NCBI GenBank assembly: GCA_963826185.1
Contig: CAWGVY010000005.1
Coordinates: forward strand, 142,391 to 206,390
Direction: 5' to 3'
DNA: 64,000 nucleotides
DNA from: an uncultured Actinomycetes bacterium
Lineage (GTDB): Bacteria > Actinomycetota > UBA4738 > HRBIN12
The notes beneath the pieces are model-generated. The model was given only the letters and a program-made list of their open reading frames with translations. It searched no databases and had not been told where the DNA came from. Made by a program: the position numbers and the translations under genes. Positions 55,594 through 64,000 of this stretch are shown here, one piece after another (positions within the stretch are counted from its first letter, which is position 1; every line of letters starts with the position of its first letter).

Positions 55594-57159
55594 ATGCGGA
55601 AGCGCGCCGTCATCTCAGGGGTGCTGATCGTGACCACCTGCGCCGCCTTCGGTGCGATCCCGTCCTCCGCGTCCCGCCCGTCCGATCGAGGCGTCAACCC
55701 GATCGTGCGCGAGAACCGGCACCGCGGAACCACCCGCTGGGACATCCCGTGGCCCGGCTACCACATCACCGACGATCGCGACCTGAACATCAAGGGCTAC
55801 GCGACGAAGACCAGCGTCCGCCAAGGCGGTTCGATCGGGCTCCGCGTCACCACGGCGCACCGGGAGCCGTACGCGGTCGACATCTACCGCCTGGGCTACT
55901 ACGGCGGCAAGGGCGGACGTCACCTGATGCGCCTGGGCAGGTTCCAGGGGAGACGGCAACCGGACTGCTACACGTTGAAGGCTTCCGGCATGGTCACGTG
56001 CCCGTGGCGAACCTCCATCCATCTGCAGGTTTCGAAGGGATGGACCTCGGGTATCTACTTCGCGGTCCTCACGACGCTGCGTTCGCATTTCCAGTCCGAG
56101 ATCCCGTTCACCGTCCGGGACCGGCGCGACGCCGACATCCTTTACGTCACGCCGGTCAACACGTACCAGGCCTACAACAACTTCCCCTACGACCCGCCGC
56201 CTGGAGCCAGCTGGGACGACGGGGCGCATCCGCGGACGGGTCGCAGCCTGTATGACTACAACAGCCCAACGAGCCGGAAGTACCCGGATGGCAGGCCCGC
56301 GGTCAAGGTGACGTTCGACCGGCCATACAGCTCCGAGTACGGCAACCCGGGCAACGGCGGCCTCACGGACTTCGAGCCATTCACCATCGCGTTCCTGGAG
56401 AAGCGCGGCTTCGACGTGACCTATGCGACCGACGTCGACATGGATGCCCATCCGCATGCGTTGCAGCGACACTCGCTGGTCCTGGTCTCCGGGCACTCCG
56501 AGTACTGGTCGAAGGGGATGTACGACGCCGCCTACGCGGCCCGCGACGCCGGCGTGAGCCTGTTCTTCATCGCGTCGAACGAGATCTACTGGCAGGTGCG
56601 GTACCAGAAGGACGTGCTGGGGCACTCCCACCGGGTGGTCGTCGGGTACAAGGATTTCAAGCCAGACCCGATCGCTGATCCGGCGCGACGCACGATCAAG
56701 TGGCGGGACCTTGGCCGCCCCGAACAGGAGCTATCCGGGGTGCAGTTCCCGACCGACGGGAACATGGATTGGGGTGGCCAAGCGCTCGTCCCCATCCATA
56801 CCGACACGTGGCCCTTCGCCGGGACCGGGCTGAAGGACGGCAAGCCGGTCAACGGTGAACTGGTGGGCTATGAGATCGACGCATTCGATCCCGCGTACCC
56901 GGCGCCCGACGCCACGTGGCGGGTCTTGCTCGCGAGCTCCCCGTTCGTCAACTTCGAGGGGAAGGACTACACGCATAACGCGTCGATCTACCGGGCGCGT
57001 TCGGGAGCGCTGGTGTTCGCGACCGGATCGATGGACTGGGCGTGGGCGTTGGCCCCGGGCGGGAGCAGCGACGGTGCGCACCACAACGTGCGGCCTTCGC
57101 TTCAGCGCGTCACGGAGAACGTGTTGCGCCGGATGCTGTACGCCTCCGCCCGGGCCTGA
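55594..57159 (+). CDS. secreted protein resembling the N,N-dimethylformamidase large-subunit family
   Basis: ATG at 55594. Signal MRKRAVISGVLIVTTCAAFGAIPSSAS. LVSGHSEYWS, FFIASNEIYWQVRY and GYEIDAF segments. Confidence 0.65.
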   Translation: MRKRAVISGVLIVTTCAAFGAIPSSASRPSDRGVNPIVRENRHRGTTRWDIPWPGYHITDDRDLNIKGYATKTSVRQGGSIGLRVTTAHREPYAVDIYRLGYYGGKGGRHLMRLGRFQGRRQPDCYTLKASGMVTCPWRTSIHLQVSKGWTSGIYFAVLTTLRSHFQSEIPFTVRDRRDADILYVTPVNTYQAYNNFPYDPPPGASWDDGAHPRTGRSLYDYNSPTSRKYPDGRPAVKVTFDRPYSSEYGNPGNGGLTDFEPFTIAFLEKRGFDVTYATDVDMDAHPHALQRHSLVLVSGHSEYWSKGMYDAAYAARDAGVSLFFIASNEIYWQVRYQKDVLGHSHRVVVGYKDFKPDPIADPARRTIKWRDLGRPEQELSGVQFPTDGNMDWGGQALVPIHTDTWPFAGTGLKDGKPVNGELVGYEIDAFDPAYPAPDATWRVLLASSPFVNFEGKDYTHNASIYRARSGALVFATGSMDWAWALAPGGSSDGAHHNVRPSLQRVTENVLRRMLYASARA

Positions 57160-57192
57160 TCCCGGGGTCAAGGAACGGCCCGAACCCTGCCG

Positions 57193-57219
57193 ATAGCTCT
57201 TCAGGAGGGGCAGAGCTAT
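57193..57219 (+). promoter_or_regulatory. perfect 8-bp stem ATAGCTCT / AGAGCTAT enclosing the RBS (loop TCAGGAGGGGC) and pairing into the ATG of the next gene
   Basis: Read directly. The right arm 57212..57219 includes the AT of the ATG at 57218. Confidence 0.35.
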
Positions 57220-57835
57220 GGCAGAGACGACCTTCGATCCGCTCCGCGTGGTCGCGGGACTCCGCGCGCGCGGCGTCAACTACGTGCTGGTGGGCGACCT
57301 GGCCGCGATGGCGCACGGCTCCGCCGCGGTGGCGAACCGCATCGAGATCTGCGTCGCCGACGACGGTCCGGACATCGACCGGCTGGGGATGGTGCTGGAC
57401 TCGATCGGAGCCGAGGCAACCGACGACACGGGAGATCCCCACCGCGTGGCTTTCGACAGCAGCGCGGGTCGGGTGGAGTGCATCGAGATGTCCCGGGACG
57501 GCGGGTATGCGGAGCTGGAGGCCCGATCGATCGAGGTGGATCTGGGCAACGGGGTCCTGGCCCGCATCGCCGCGCCCGCCGATGTCACGGGCCAGCATCT
57601 GGCGTCGGAGGACATCGTGGGAGCCGTGCGCGCGGCGGTCCTGGCGGCTGACAGCGGTGAGACGCTTGAGTCGAAGCAGGACGGCGACGAGTTCGGACCC
57701 GACCGTCCCGTGACACCGGAGGGCGTCCGGATGACCCCGTGGCGTCGGGTGTGGAAGGCCTTCGAGGACGTGGACACCTTCCTCACGGATCTGAACGAGG
57801 GCGGACTGTCCCACGCCCGGGAGCGGCGGAGGTAG
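57218..57835 (+). CDS. hypothetical protein (possible minimal nucleotidyltransferase fold)
   Basis: The N-terminal GVNYVLVGDLAAMAHGS...RIEICV pattern resembles small NTase-fold proteins. Weak call. Confidence 0.5.
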   Translation: MAETTFDPLRVVAGLRARGVNYVLVGDLAAMAHGSAAVANRIEICVADDGPDIDRLGMVLDSIGAEATDDTGDPHRVAFDSSAGRVECIEMSRDGGYAELEARSIEVDLGNGVLARIAAPADVTGQHLASEDIVGAVRAAVLAADSGETLESKQDGDEFGPDRPVTPEGVRMTPWRRVWKAFEDVDTFLTDLNEGGLSHARERRR

Positions 57836-57845
57836 TCGGGAACCC

Positions 57846-58172
57846 TCAGGCGGTGGGCCAGGCGGCCACCGTGGGATGGTCGACGGCGACGGGCCCCACC
57901 TGGGCGGCGCCGCCCGGCGATCCGAGGCCGCTGATCTCGGGGTTGAAGAACTCCGCGTTGATCGGCGTGAACTGCCGCCATTCGGCGGGCACGTCGTCTT
58001 CGTAGAAGATCGCGGTGACGGGGCACACGGGCTCACAGGCCGCGCAGTCCACGCACTCATCGGGCTGGATGTACAGCATCCGCGTGCCCTCGTAGATGCA
58101 GTCCACGGGACATTCGTCGACACATGCCAGGTCTTTCACGTCGATGCACGGCTCCGCGATCGTGTACGTCAC
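57846..58172 (-). CDS. fdxA: 7Fe ferredoxin (3Fe-4S plus 4Fe-4S)
   Basis: MTYTIAEPCIDVKDLACVDECPVDCIYEG...DECVDCAACEPVCPV. Classic FdxA layout. Confidence 0.9.
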   Translation of the reverse strand: MTYTIAEPCIDVKDLACVDECPVDCIYEGTRMLYIQPDECVDCAACEPVCPVTAIFYEDDVPAEWRQFTPINAEFFNPEISGLGSPGGAAQVGPVAVDHPTVAAWPTA

Positions 58173-58279
58173 CTCAGGTCCTCCTCGCGTCTGACGCTTC
58201 CACGCTACCCCACGGGGGCGGCCACCACACCCGAGATCCCCCGCAAGCAGGACCGGACGGTGCCGCGGGCAGGGAGTCC

Positions 58280-59581
58280 CTAGCGCTCGCCGACCAGGTA
58301 GTACGTCTGCATCTCACCCTTGCCCTTGACGTTCACGAGCACGGGACCCTCGAACGCGAAACGATCCTTCAGCCGCTCGTGGGAGGCGTCGCTGACATGG
58401 ATCCTGCCAGGCTCACCGTGGGATTCCATGCGACTCGCGGTGTTGACCGTATCGCCCCACAGGTCGTAGCTGAACTTCCGCAGGCCGATCACGCCGGCAA
58501 CCACAGGGCCGGTATGCATGCCGATCCTCAGACGTACGGGCACGCCCTGACGGGCGCCCACCTCGTCGATCGCCTTCTGCATATCCATGGCGAACCGCGC
58601 GACACGTTCCGCGTGATCGGACCGGGGGACCGGCATCCCGCCCACGGCCAGGTACGCGTCGCCGATCGTCTTGATCTTCTCCAGCGTGTGATCCTCGGCC
58701 AGTCTGTCGAACCGGGAGAAGATCTGGTTCAGGAACGTCACCAGGGCCTGCGGGCTCATCTCGGCCGACATGGGGGTGAACCCCACCAGATCGGCGAAAA
58801 GGACGGTGACTTCGTCGTAGCCATCCACGACGCTCTCCCCGCGCTTCAGGCGCTCCGCCACCGGGGCCGGGAGGATGTTCAGCAGCAGCGCGTCGGATCG
58901 CTGACGCTCCTGTTCCAGGATCAGCTGCTGCATGTAGTTGCTGCGCAGGCCCGATTCGATGAAGTAGCCAGCCAGCATGCCGATCAGGTTCGTGGCCAGC
59001 AGGATCCCCTCTGTCACCAGGAACCGAACCGGTGCGTCGTTCCCGCGGAGCGCGCCGTCGGCGACCGCGACCACGATCGACACAGCGGCCAGGACGGTTC
59101 CTGCGGTCAACGCGTACGGGAACCGGAGCCTGGGCGCCGTGTAGGCGAACACGATCACGATCGGTACCCCGAAGATGTATAGACCGAACCCCGGTTCGCC
59201 CTGTGCGATCACGGCATCCATCATGACCAGCGCACAGCCCACGACGATGACCACGGTCGTGCCAAGCGGTTGCATCAGCCGGAGGTAGGTGGGCGAGAAG
59301 GAGAAGAGCAACAGCCCGACCGTGATCGTGCAGCAGACCGCGTAGCGGAGGAACAGGATCGTGGCCAGGTGGTGCGGGGCGGCCCACACGTCCACGACAC
59401 CGAAGACGGCGATCAGCAGGATGCCGCCGGCGAAGGCCGCGCGATTCGTGGTGAGCCATCGCCGGTTGTAGTCCTCGCGGAAGGCGGTCTCCATCGGCTC
59501 CGGAAACCGCAGCCTGATCCCCTTCAGCAGGGCGTCGAGTTCGGCTTGGGAGGGCGTGGGGGTGGCGGCGCGCTGCATCAT
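58280..59581 (-). CDS. membrane-anchored class III adenylate/guanylate cyclase (intact)
   Basis: About 6 TM segments, then VTVLFADLVGFT, IGDAYLAVGG and DLWGDTVNTASRMES. Confidence 0.9.
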   Translation of the reverse strand: MMQRAATPTPSQAELDALLKGIRLRFPEPMETAFREDYNRRWLTTNRAAFAGGILLIAVFGVVDVWAAPHHLATILFLRYAVCCTITVGLLLFSFSPTYLRLMQPLGTTVVIVVGCALVMMDAVIAQGEPGFGLYIFGVPIVIVFAYTAPRLRFPYALTAGTVLAAVSIVVAVADGALRGNDAPVRFLVTEGILLATNLIGMLAGYFIESGLRSNYMQQLILEQERQRSDALLLNILPAPVAERLKRGESVVDGYDEVTVLFADLVGFTPMSAEMSPQALVTFLNQIFSRFDRLAEDHTLEKIKTIGDAYLAVGGMPVPRSDHAERVARFAMDMQKAIDEVGARQGVPVRLRIGMHTGPVVAGVIGLRKFSYDLWGDTVNTASRMESHGEPGRIHVSDASHERLKDRFAFEGPVLVNVKGKGEMQTYYLVGER

Positions 59582-59613
59582 GCGGGAGACAGGATAGGCC
59601 GAGCGGTCGGTCG

Positions 59614-60456
59614 CTAGATCGCGAGCGTGGTGCCCTCGGCGGCGGCGCTCAGCCGCACGTCGGATCCGTCGACGAGCTCCAGCGCGTGAGCCACCATGGC
59701 GTCCATCTGCGCATCGTCGTGCGAGGGGTCGTGATGGAACAGCAGCACCCGGTCGGCCTTGGCCTTGGTCGAGAAGGTGACGACGTGATCCACGCTCGAG
59801 TGACCCCAGCCGACCTTTCCGATGTACTCATCGGCCGTGTACTGCGCGTCATGGATCAGCACGTCCGCGCCGAAGGCTAGGGCGGATCCCGATATCCACT
59901 CGATCGGGGCGGTGACCAGATCTGCCGCCAGCGCGGGTTCATGATCGGTGACGTACGCCAGCACGCGCCCTCCTTCCTCGATGCGATACCCGACCGTGGC
60001 GCCGGGGTGCAGGATGGGCTCCGACGTCACCCGGAGCCCATCGATCATCCACTCCCCTTCGGGGGCGTCGTGGAACGTGATCTGCGCAGTCCCTTCGTCC
60101 AGATCGACCGGGAACAACGGCGGCGAGAAGTAGTGGGCGATCCGCTCGGACAACGGGCGAACCGGGGAGCGGGGTCCCCAGATGTGGATCTCAGCTTCGC
60201 TGTTCCAGATCGGCGCGAAGAACCCCAACCCCTCGAGGTGGTCAACATGCAGATGCGTCAGCAGCAGATCGATCCGAAGTGGTGGATCGCGCATCAGATC
60301 GTCCCCGAGCGGACGCAATCCCGTGCCGGCGTCGAGGATCACCACCCCTCCCGCGTCCGATCGAACCTCGACGCACGAGGTGTTGCCGCCGTAGCGCACC
60401 GTCGCCGGCCCGGGAGTGGCAACGGATCCCCGGCAGCCCCAGATCTTCGCCCGCAT
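59614..60456 (-). CDS. MBL-fold metallo-hydrolase
   Basis: MRAKIWGCRGSVATPG...RYGGNTSCVEV, LTHLHVDHLEG. TGATG junction with the upstream PAS gene. Confidence 0.85.
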   Translation of the reverse strand: MRAKIWGCRGSVATPGPATVRYGGNTSCVEVRSDAGGVVILDAGTGLRPLGDDLMRDPPLRIDLLLTHLHVDHLEGLGFFAPIWNSEAEIHIWGPRSPVRPLSERIAHYFSPPLFPVDLDEGTAQITFHDAPEGEWMIDGLRVTSEPILHPGATVGYRIEEGGRVLAYVTDHEPALAADLVTAPIEWISGSALAFGADVLIHDAQYTADEYIGKVGWGHSSVDHVVTFSTKAKADRVLLFHHDPSHDDAQMDAMVAHALELVDGSDVRLSAAAEGTTLAI

Positions 60457-60848
60457 CAGCGTTCCCAGAAGATCGCGACCGCCCCGACGAACTCATCCGC
60501 ATGCGCGAAGAGGGGGAACGCCGTCACTTCGATGCCGCGCGCCACGCCATCGTGAGCCGCGATCTGGAACGTCGCGTGAGCCGGAACCCGATCCGTCAGC
60601 GCGATGCCGAGCGGCAAGCCCTGCAGCGGCAGCAGGGCGCCGTCCTCATCGGTGGGGGAGAACGCGGTCGCCCATTCCCCCACCGGCATGCCGCGTCCCT
60701 CGGTGAACGGTTCTCCAAGGATCTGCTCTGCGGCCTCGTTGTAGTAGATCAGGGTGCCCTCGGGGTCGACCAGGAACACCGCGGTCGCCAGGCGCGAGGC
60801 GAAGTCCCTGGCGAGGATCAGGACCAGGTTGTGCTGGGGCACGTCCAC
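60456..60848 (-). CDS. stand-alone PAS-domain protein
   Basis: 130 aa with a PAS-like core: AVFLVDPEGTLIYYNEAAEQILGEPF...G..VTAFPL. Confidence 0.7.
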   Translation of the reverse strand: MDVPQHNLVLILARDFASRLATAVFLVDPEGTLIYYNEAAEQILGEPFTEGRGMPVGEWATAFSPTDEDGALLPLQGLPLGIALTDRVPAHATFQIAAHDGVARGIEVTAFPLFAHADEFVGAVAIFWER

Positions 60849-60916
60849 AACCGGAGCCTAGTCGCCCGTCGGGTGACCGGTCTACGCGCGCCGATCCCAC
60901 GGACCCGATGTCCGTG

Positions 60917-61696
60917 TCACCGGTCCTTCGATCTCTGGAGAGCCCGTTCGGCGCGCTTGGCCTCGAGCTCGGCGGCTTCCGCCCGCGACTCGGCCTGGGT
61001 GTGTTTCGAGCGAAGGGTGTCCATCCGTGCCTGCATGGCCTCGAGCTCCTGGGCGAAGGCGTCCGCGGCCTGCCGTTCCTTCCGCGCCCGCCCAACGGCA
61101 GCGTCCCGATCCCGTCGCAGCGAGTCACGATCCAGCCGTTCGGCGGCCGCCGCCTCGGTCGCCTGCGGATCGCCGCCGCCGCTCAGAACGGTCATCGCCG
61201 CGACGTCTCCGAACCCAGCCATGCGTGGCGGCGGGCGTTCGAAGGTCCCTTCCGACAGACGCGCCCCCGCCTCAGGATCGACCGATGCCGTCTCCAGGGC
61301 CGCAGCGATCACGTCGAGGTGCGACATGGGCGGGCGGTCATGCTCCGCCAGGAACGCTGTGGCGGCACGACTGAGGCGAGCGATGGCCTCCTGTCGTTCG
61401 GCTGTTGCGATCCGCAGGCGGTCGAGGTCCCCAGGCGAAGACATCGCCGCCAGCTGCGCCGCGCGGAGCTCGGCTCCGGTCTCCAGGAGGGCGGTCACCT
61501 CGTCGGGGTTGTCGGCCGACAGCTGGTTCAGCGCCCACGCGGGTACCGTCGGTTTGCGGAGGGCCTTGACGGTCGCGGCGTCTCCAGTGCGTCCCTCCTC
61601 GCGCAGTCGGCCAGCGAGGGCATCGCGAGCCTCGACGAAGCTTCCTGGCTCCTCGCGGAACAGCGCTCTCGCCTCGGGGGGTACCTGGACTTCCAT
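60917..61696 (-). CDS. hypothetical protein with Arg/Glu/Ala-rich coiled-coil-like C-terminus
   Basis: Intact 259-aa ORF ending ...QAADAFAQELEAMQARMDTLRSKHTQAESRAEAAELEAKRAERALQRSKDR. No family recognised. Confidence 0.55.
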   Translation of the reverse strand: MEVQVPPEARALFREEPGSFVEARDALAGRLREEGRTGDAATVKALRKPTVPAWALNQLSADNPDEVTALLETGAELRAAQLAAMSSPGDLDRLRIATAERQEAIARLSRAATAFLAEHDRPPMSHLDVIAAALETASVDPEAGARLSEGTFERPPPRMAGFGDVAAMTVLSGGGDPQATEAAAAERLDRDSLRRDRDAAVGRARKERQAADAFAQELEAMQARMDTLRSKHTQAESRAEAAELEAKRAERALQRSKDR

Positions 61697-61737
61697 CGGC
61701 TGATTATGCTCGGGGCGACCGAGTGAGGGGAGGGGCG

Positions 61738-63114
61738 ATGGGAGACCCGGGACAGCGTCCGACCGCTGGACAGCGGCTGGCGGCGATCGCCGCGATCGTG
61801 CTCTTCGTCATCGTCGTCGTGGACACCGTCATCACCATCACGACCAACCCGCTACGGGTCCTGCTCCAGTTCGTTCTCCTCGGGATAGCTGCGTTCGCGC
61901 TCTGGCACGTCGTGTCCAGGGAGGGGTTGCACCGTCTGGTTGCTCTGGTGATCGCAGTGGTCGCGCTCGTCGGGACCGTCCTCGCGGGCCGCCTGGATGA
62001 GGACGCGAGCCTGTGGTCGCTCGTCGTCCGTGCCGTGCTCCTGGTGTTGGCGGTCGGGTGCGTGCGGTTCGCGATCTCCACCACGGTGAAACAGCTGAAG
62101 CAGCAGTCCACACCGGGGACCGAGGTGCCGCCGGCCTCCCGTGGCGTGCTGATCATGAATCTGAAGTCCGGCGGCGGGAAGGCGGAGCGGTTCCACCTGG
62201 AGGATGAATGCCATGCTCGTGGGATCGAGCCGGTGGTCCTGGGACCCGATGACGACCTGTTGCAGTTGGCGCACGATGCGGCCGACCGGGGGGCAGACGT
62301 TCTGGGCATGGCCGGTGGCGACGGCTCACAAGCGCTGGTGGCGAGCGTGGCGGCGGAGCGTGGGCTGCCGATGGTCGTGATCCCCGCGGGCACCCGTAAC
62401 CATCTCGCGTTGGATCTCGGACTCGATCGCGAGGACGTGGTGGGCGCCTTGGATGCGTTCGGTGCCGCCCGGGAGCAGCGCATGGATCTGGCGGACGTGA
62501 ACGGGCACGTCTTCGTCAATAACGTCTCGCTCGGCCTCTACGCGACGATCGTGCGCTCCCCGGAGTACCGCGACGCGAAGATGGAGACGACGATGTCGAC
62601 CCTGCCGACGGTGCTGGCGCCCGGTACCGCGCCGTTCGACCTGCGGTTCACGGGCCCCGATGGCGAGCCGCGCACCGGAGCCCACGTGATCCAGGTCTCG
62701 AACAACCCGTACGGTTCGACGGTGGTGGGGATGGGGAGCCGCCCCCGGCTGGATACCCATCGCCTGGGCATCCTGATGTTGGAAATCCGCGACGATGCGG
62801 CGGTCGCGTCCCTGCTGGGTGCCGTGGCCACGGGACATCCAGAACGCTTCGATGGTCTGCGTTCCTGGTCGGCGCCGAGGTTCGAGGTGTCATCGGGATC
62901 CCCGATCGCTGTCGGCCTCGACGGTGAGACGATGCAGATGGACCCTCCACTCGTCTTCTCGATCCGACCGGATCCACTGAGGGTCAGGCTCCCTGAGCAC
63001 GCGATCGGCTACTCGCCTGCCGCGCTCTCGACCGGGTGGCGCTCCAAGTTGCTGGGTGTGTGGCGGGTGGCGCTCGGCCATCCGGCGCAGATCGGGGTGG
63101 GGCAGCGCCCCTAA
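61738..63114 (+). CDS. diacylglycerol/lipid kinase family protein (YegS/DagK-like) with N-terminal TM segments
   Basis: ATG at 61738 follows GAGGGGAGGGG. About 4 TM helices, then the kinase catalytic domain with VLIMNLKSGGG, GMAGGDGSQALVA and IPAGTRNHLALDLG. Confidence 0.8.
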   Translation: MGDPGQRPTAGQRLAAIAAIVLFVIVVVDTVITITTNPLRVLLQFVLLGIAAFALWHVVSREGLHRLVALVIAVVALVGTVLAGRLDEDASLWSLVVRAVLLVLAVGCVRFAISTTVKQLKQQSTPGTEVPPASRGVLIMNLKSGGGKAERFHLEDECHARGIEPVVLGPDDDLLQLAHDAADRGADVLGMAGGDGSQALVASVAAERGLPMVVIPAGTRNHLALDLGLDREDVVGALDAFGAAREQRMDLADVNGHVFVNNVSLGLYATIVRSPEYRDAKMETTMSTLPTVLAPGTAPFDLRFTGPDGEPRTGAHVIQVSNNPYGSTVVGMGSRPRLDTHRLGILMLEIRDDAAVASLLGAVATGHPERFDGLRSWSAPRFEVSSGSPIAVGLDGETMQMDPPLVFSIRPDPLRVRLPEHAIGYSPAALSTGWRSKLLGVWRVALGHPAQIGVGQRP

Positions 63115-64000
63115 GACTCGTCGGAGCTCTGGGCGTCGGCCCGGATGGCGCGGATGGCCTCGTCCACGGAGACGTAGAAGCGGTCACGGTCGAGGGTCTC
63201 GTGGAGTCCGTACCGCACGATCAGGTCCTGGAGCCGGTCGCGCAGCTCCACGAACGCTAGATGGACATCCTTGGCGTTGAGCTCCAGATCCAGCCGTTCC
63301 AGCATGTCGGCCGCGGTGACGTCGATGTCGGTGATGGCCTCGCATTGGAGGACGATCCAGCGGGGACGCTCGCGACGCTCGAGTTGGCGGACGGTCTGAC
63401 GGAACGCGCCGCTGTTGGCGAAGAACAACGGGGCCTCCCATCGGAAGACCACGATGTCCGGCACCTGCTCCGCCTCGGGGAACCGTTCGCTGCTGTGCCA
63501 GCCCTCCCCGTCGGACACCCGCCCCAGCACTTCCCCGTGCGGCCACCAGCTGCGCCGGAAGAACAACAGGATCGACAGGATGATCGCGAGCACGATGCCC
63601 TGGAGGACGCCGAACAGGATCACCCCGAGTGTGGCCGTGAGCGAGAGCATCAGCGCGGTGCGACGCACATGGAAGTAGACGCGCAGCGGCTTGATGCTGA
63701 CCAGGGAGAAGGCGGCTGCCATCACCACGGCGGCCAAGGCGCTCTGGGGCAGGTTCCGCACCAGGGAGGGGAGGGCCACCAACAGGATCGTCACGATCCC
63801 GGCGCCCACGAGGCCCGTGACCTGGGTCTGCGAGCCGGACTGCTCCGCAACGGCGGTCCTCGAGGCGCTGGCCGAAACGGCGAATCCCTGGAAGACGCCG
63901 GCGGTCAGGTTGGCCGAGCCCATGCCGATCATCTCCTGGTTCGGGTCGACGTCGTCGCCGCGCCGAGCAGCGAAGCTGGTTGAGGTGGCGATCGTGTCGG
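63111..64000 (-). CDS. SulP-family anion transporter, C-terminal part with STAS domain (N-terminus beyond window end)
   Basis: The frame stays open to nt 64000 (…IATSTSFAARRGDDVDPNQEMIGMGSANL). STAS: VVFRWEAPLFFANSGAFRQTV...ITDIDVTAADML. Confidence 0.85.
   Translation of the reverse strand, partial: DTIATSTSFAARRGDDVDPNQEMIGMGSANLTAGVFQGFAVSASASRTAVAEQSGSQTQVTGLVGAGIVTILLVALPSLVRNLPQSALAAVVMAAAFSLVSIKPLRVYFHVRRTALMLSLTATLGVILFGVLQGIVLAIILSILLFFRRSWWPHGEVLGRVSDGEGWHSSERFPEAEQVPDIVVFRWEAPLFFANSGAFRQTVRQLERRERPRWIVLQCEAITDIDVTAADMLERLDLELNAKDVHLAFVELRDRLQDLIVRYGLHETLDRDRFYVSVDEAIRAIRADAQSSDES

Overview
GC-rich, almost gap-free coding DNA that reads like a chromosomal segment, not a plasmid or phage. 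It looks Actinomycetota-like: a mycothiol-type TIGR03083/DinB enzyme, 7Fe FdxA ferredoxin, a GlnA3/PuuA-like glutamine-synthetase paralogue, a TPR-LuxR regulator, GGAGG-type RBSs and many ATGA/GTGA/TTGA start-stop overlaps. I support about 65 protein-coding loci. I saw no rRNA, tRNA, CRISPR array, transposase or integrase.

Left to right:
- a SpoIID / M23 cell-wall pair
- a 5-gene Opp/Dpp-type peptide importer broken by at least 25 frame switches
- ornithine cyclodeaminase, an orphan receiver and a frameshifted LuxR
- an oxidoreductase/VOC block
- a GS-like plus PotABCD-type polyamine operon, with a divergent SDR / D-Thr-aldolase-like / 560-aa unknown operon and a GntR regulator
- TPP enzymes: E1 alpha/beta without E2, and a split transketolase
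- an acidic DGTD-repeat mini-protein translationally coupled to a JmjC/cupin oxygenase and a sucrase-ferredoxin-like protein
- a decayed aromatic-catabolism remnant
- two membrane class III cyclases, one frameshifted and one in a PAS-MBL-cyclase operon
- a Cys-rich membrane protein / Pro-rich micro-ORF / CX5R phosphatase / 681-aa polytopic protein operon
- a heavily frameshifted DHA2 MFS gene
- a 50-57 kb island of secreted beta-propeller, RNHCP and paralogous zinc-ribbon membrane proteins

Main hunt results:
1. Frameshifts are concentrated in a few genes and stop at gene boundaries.
2. The DGTD-repeat/JmjC operon.
3. A shared CAGATAACCTGC box in three promoters.
4. The surface-protein island bracketed by paralogues.
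5. The PAS-MBL-cyclase module.

All functional calls rest on motif recognition by eye. No database search or computation was possible.
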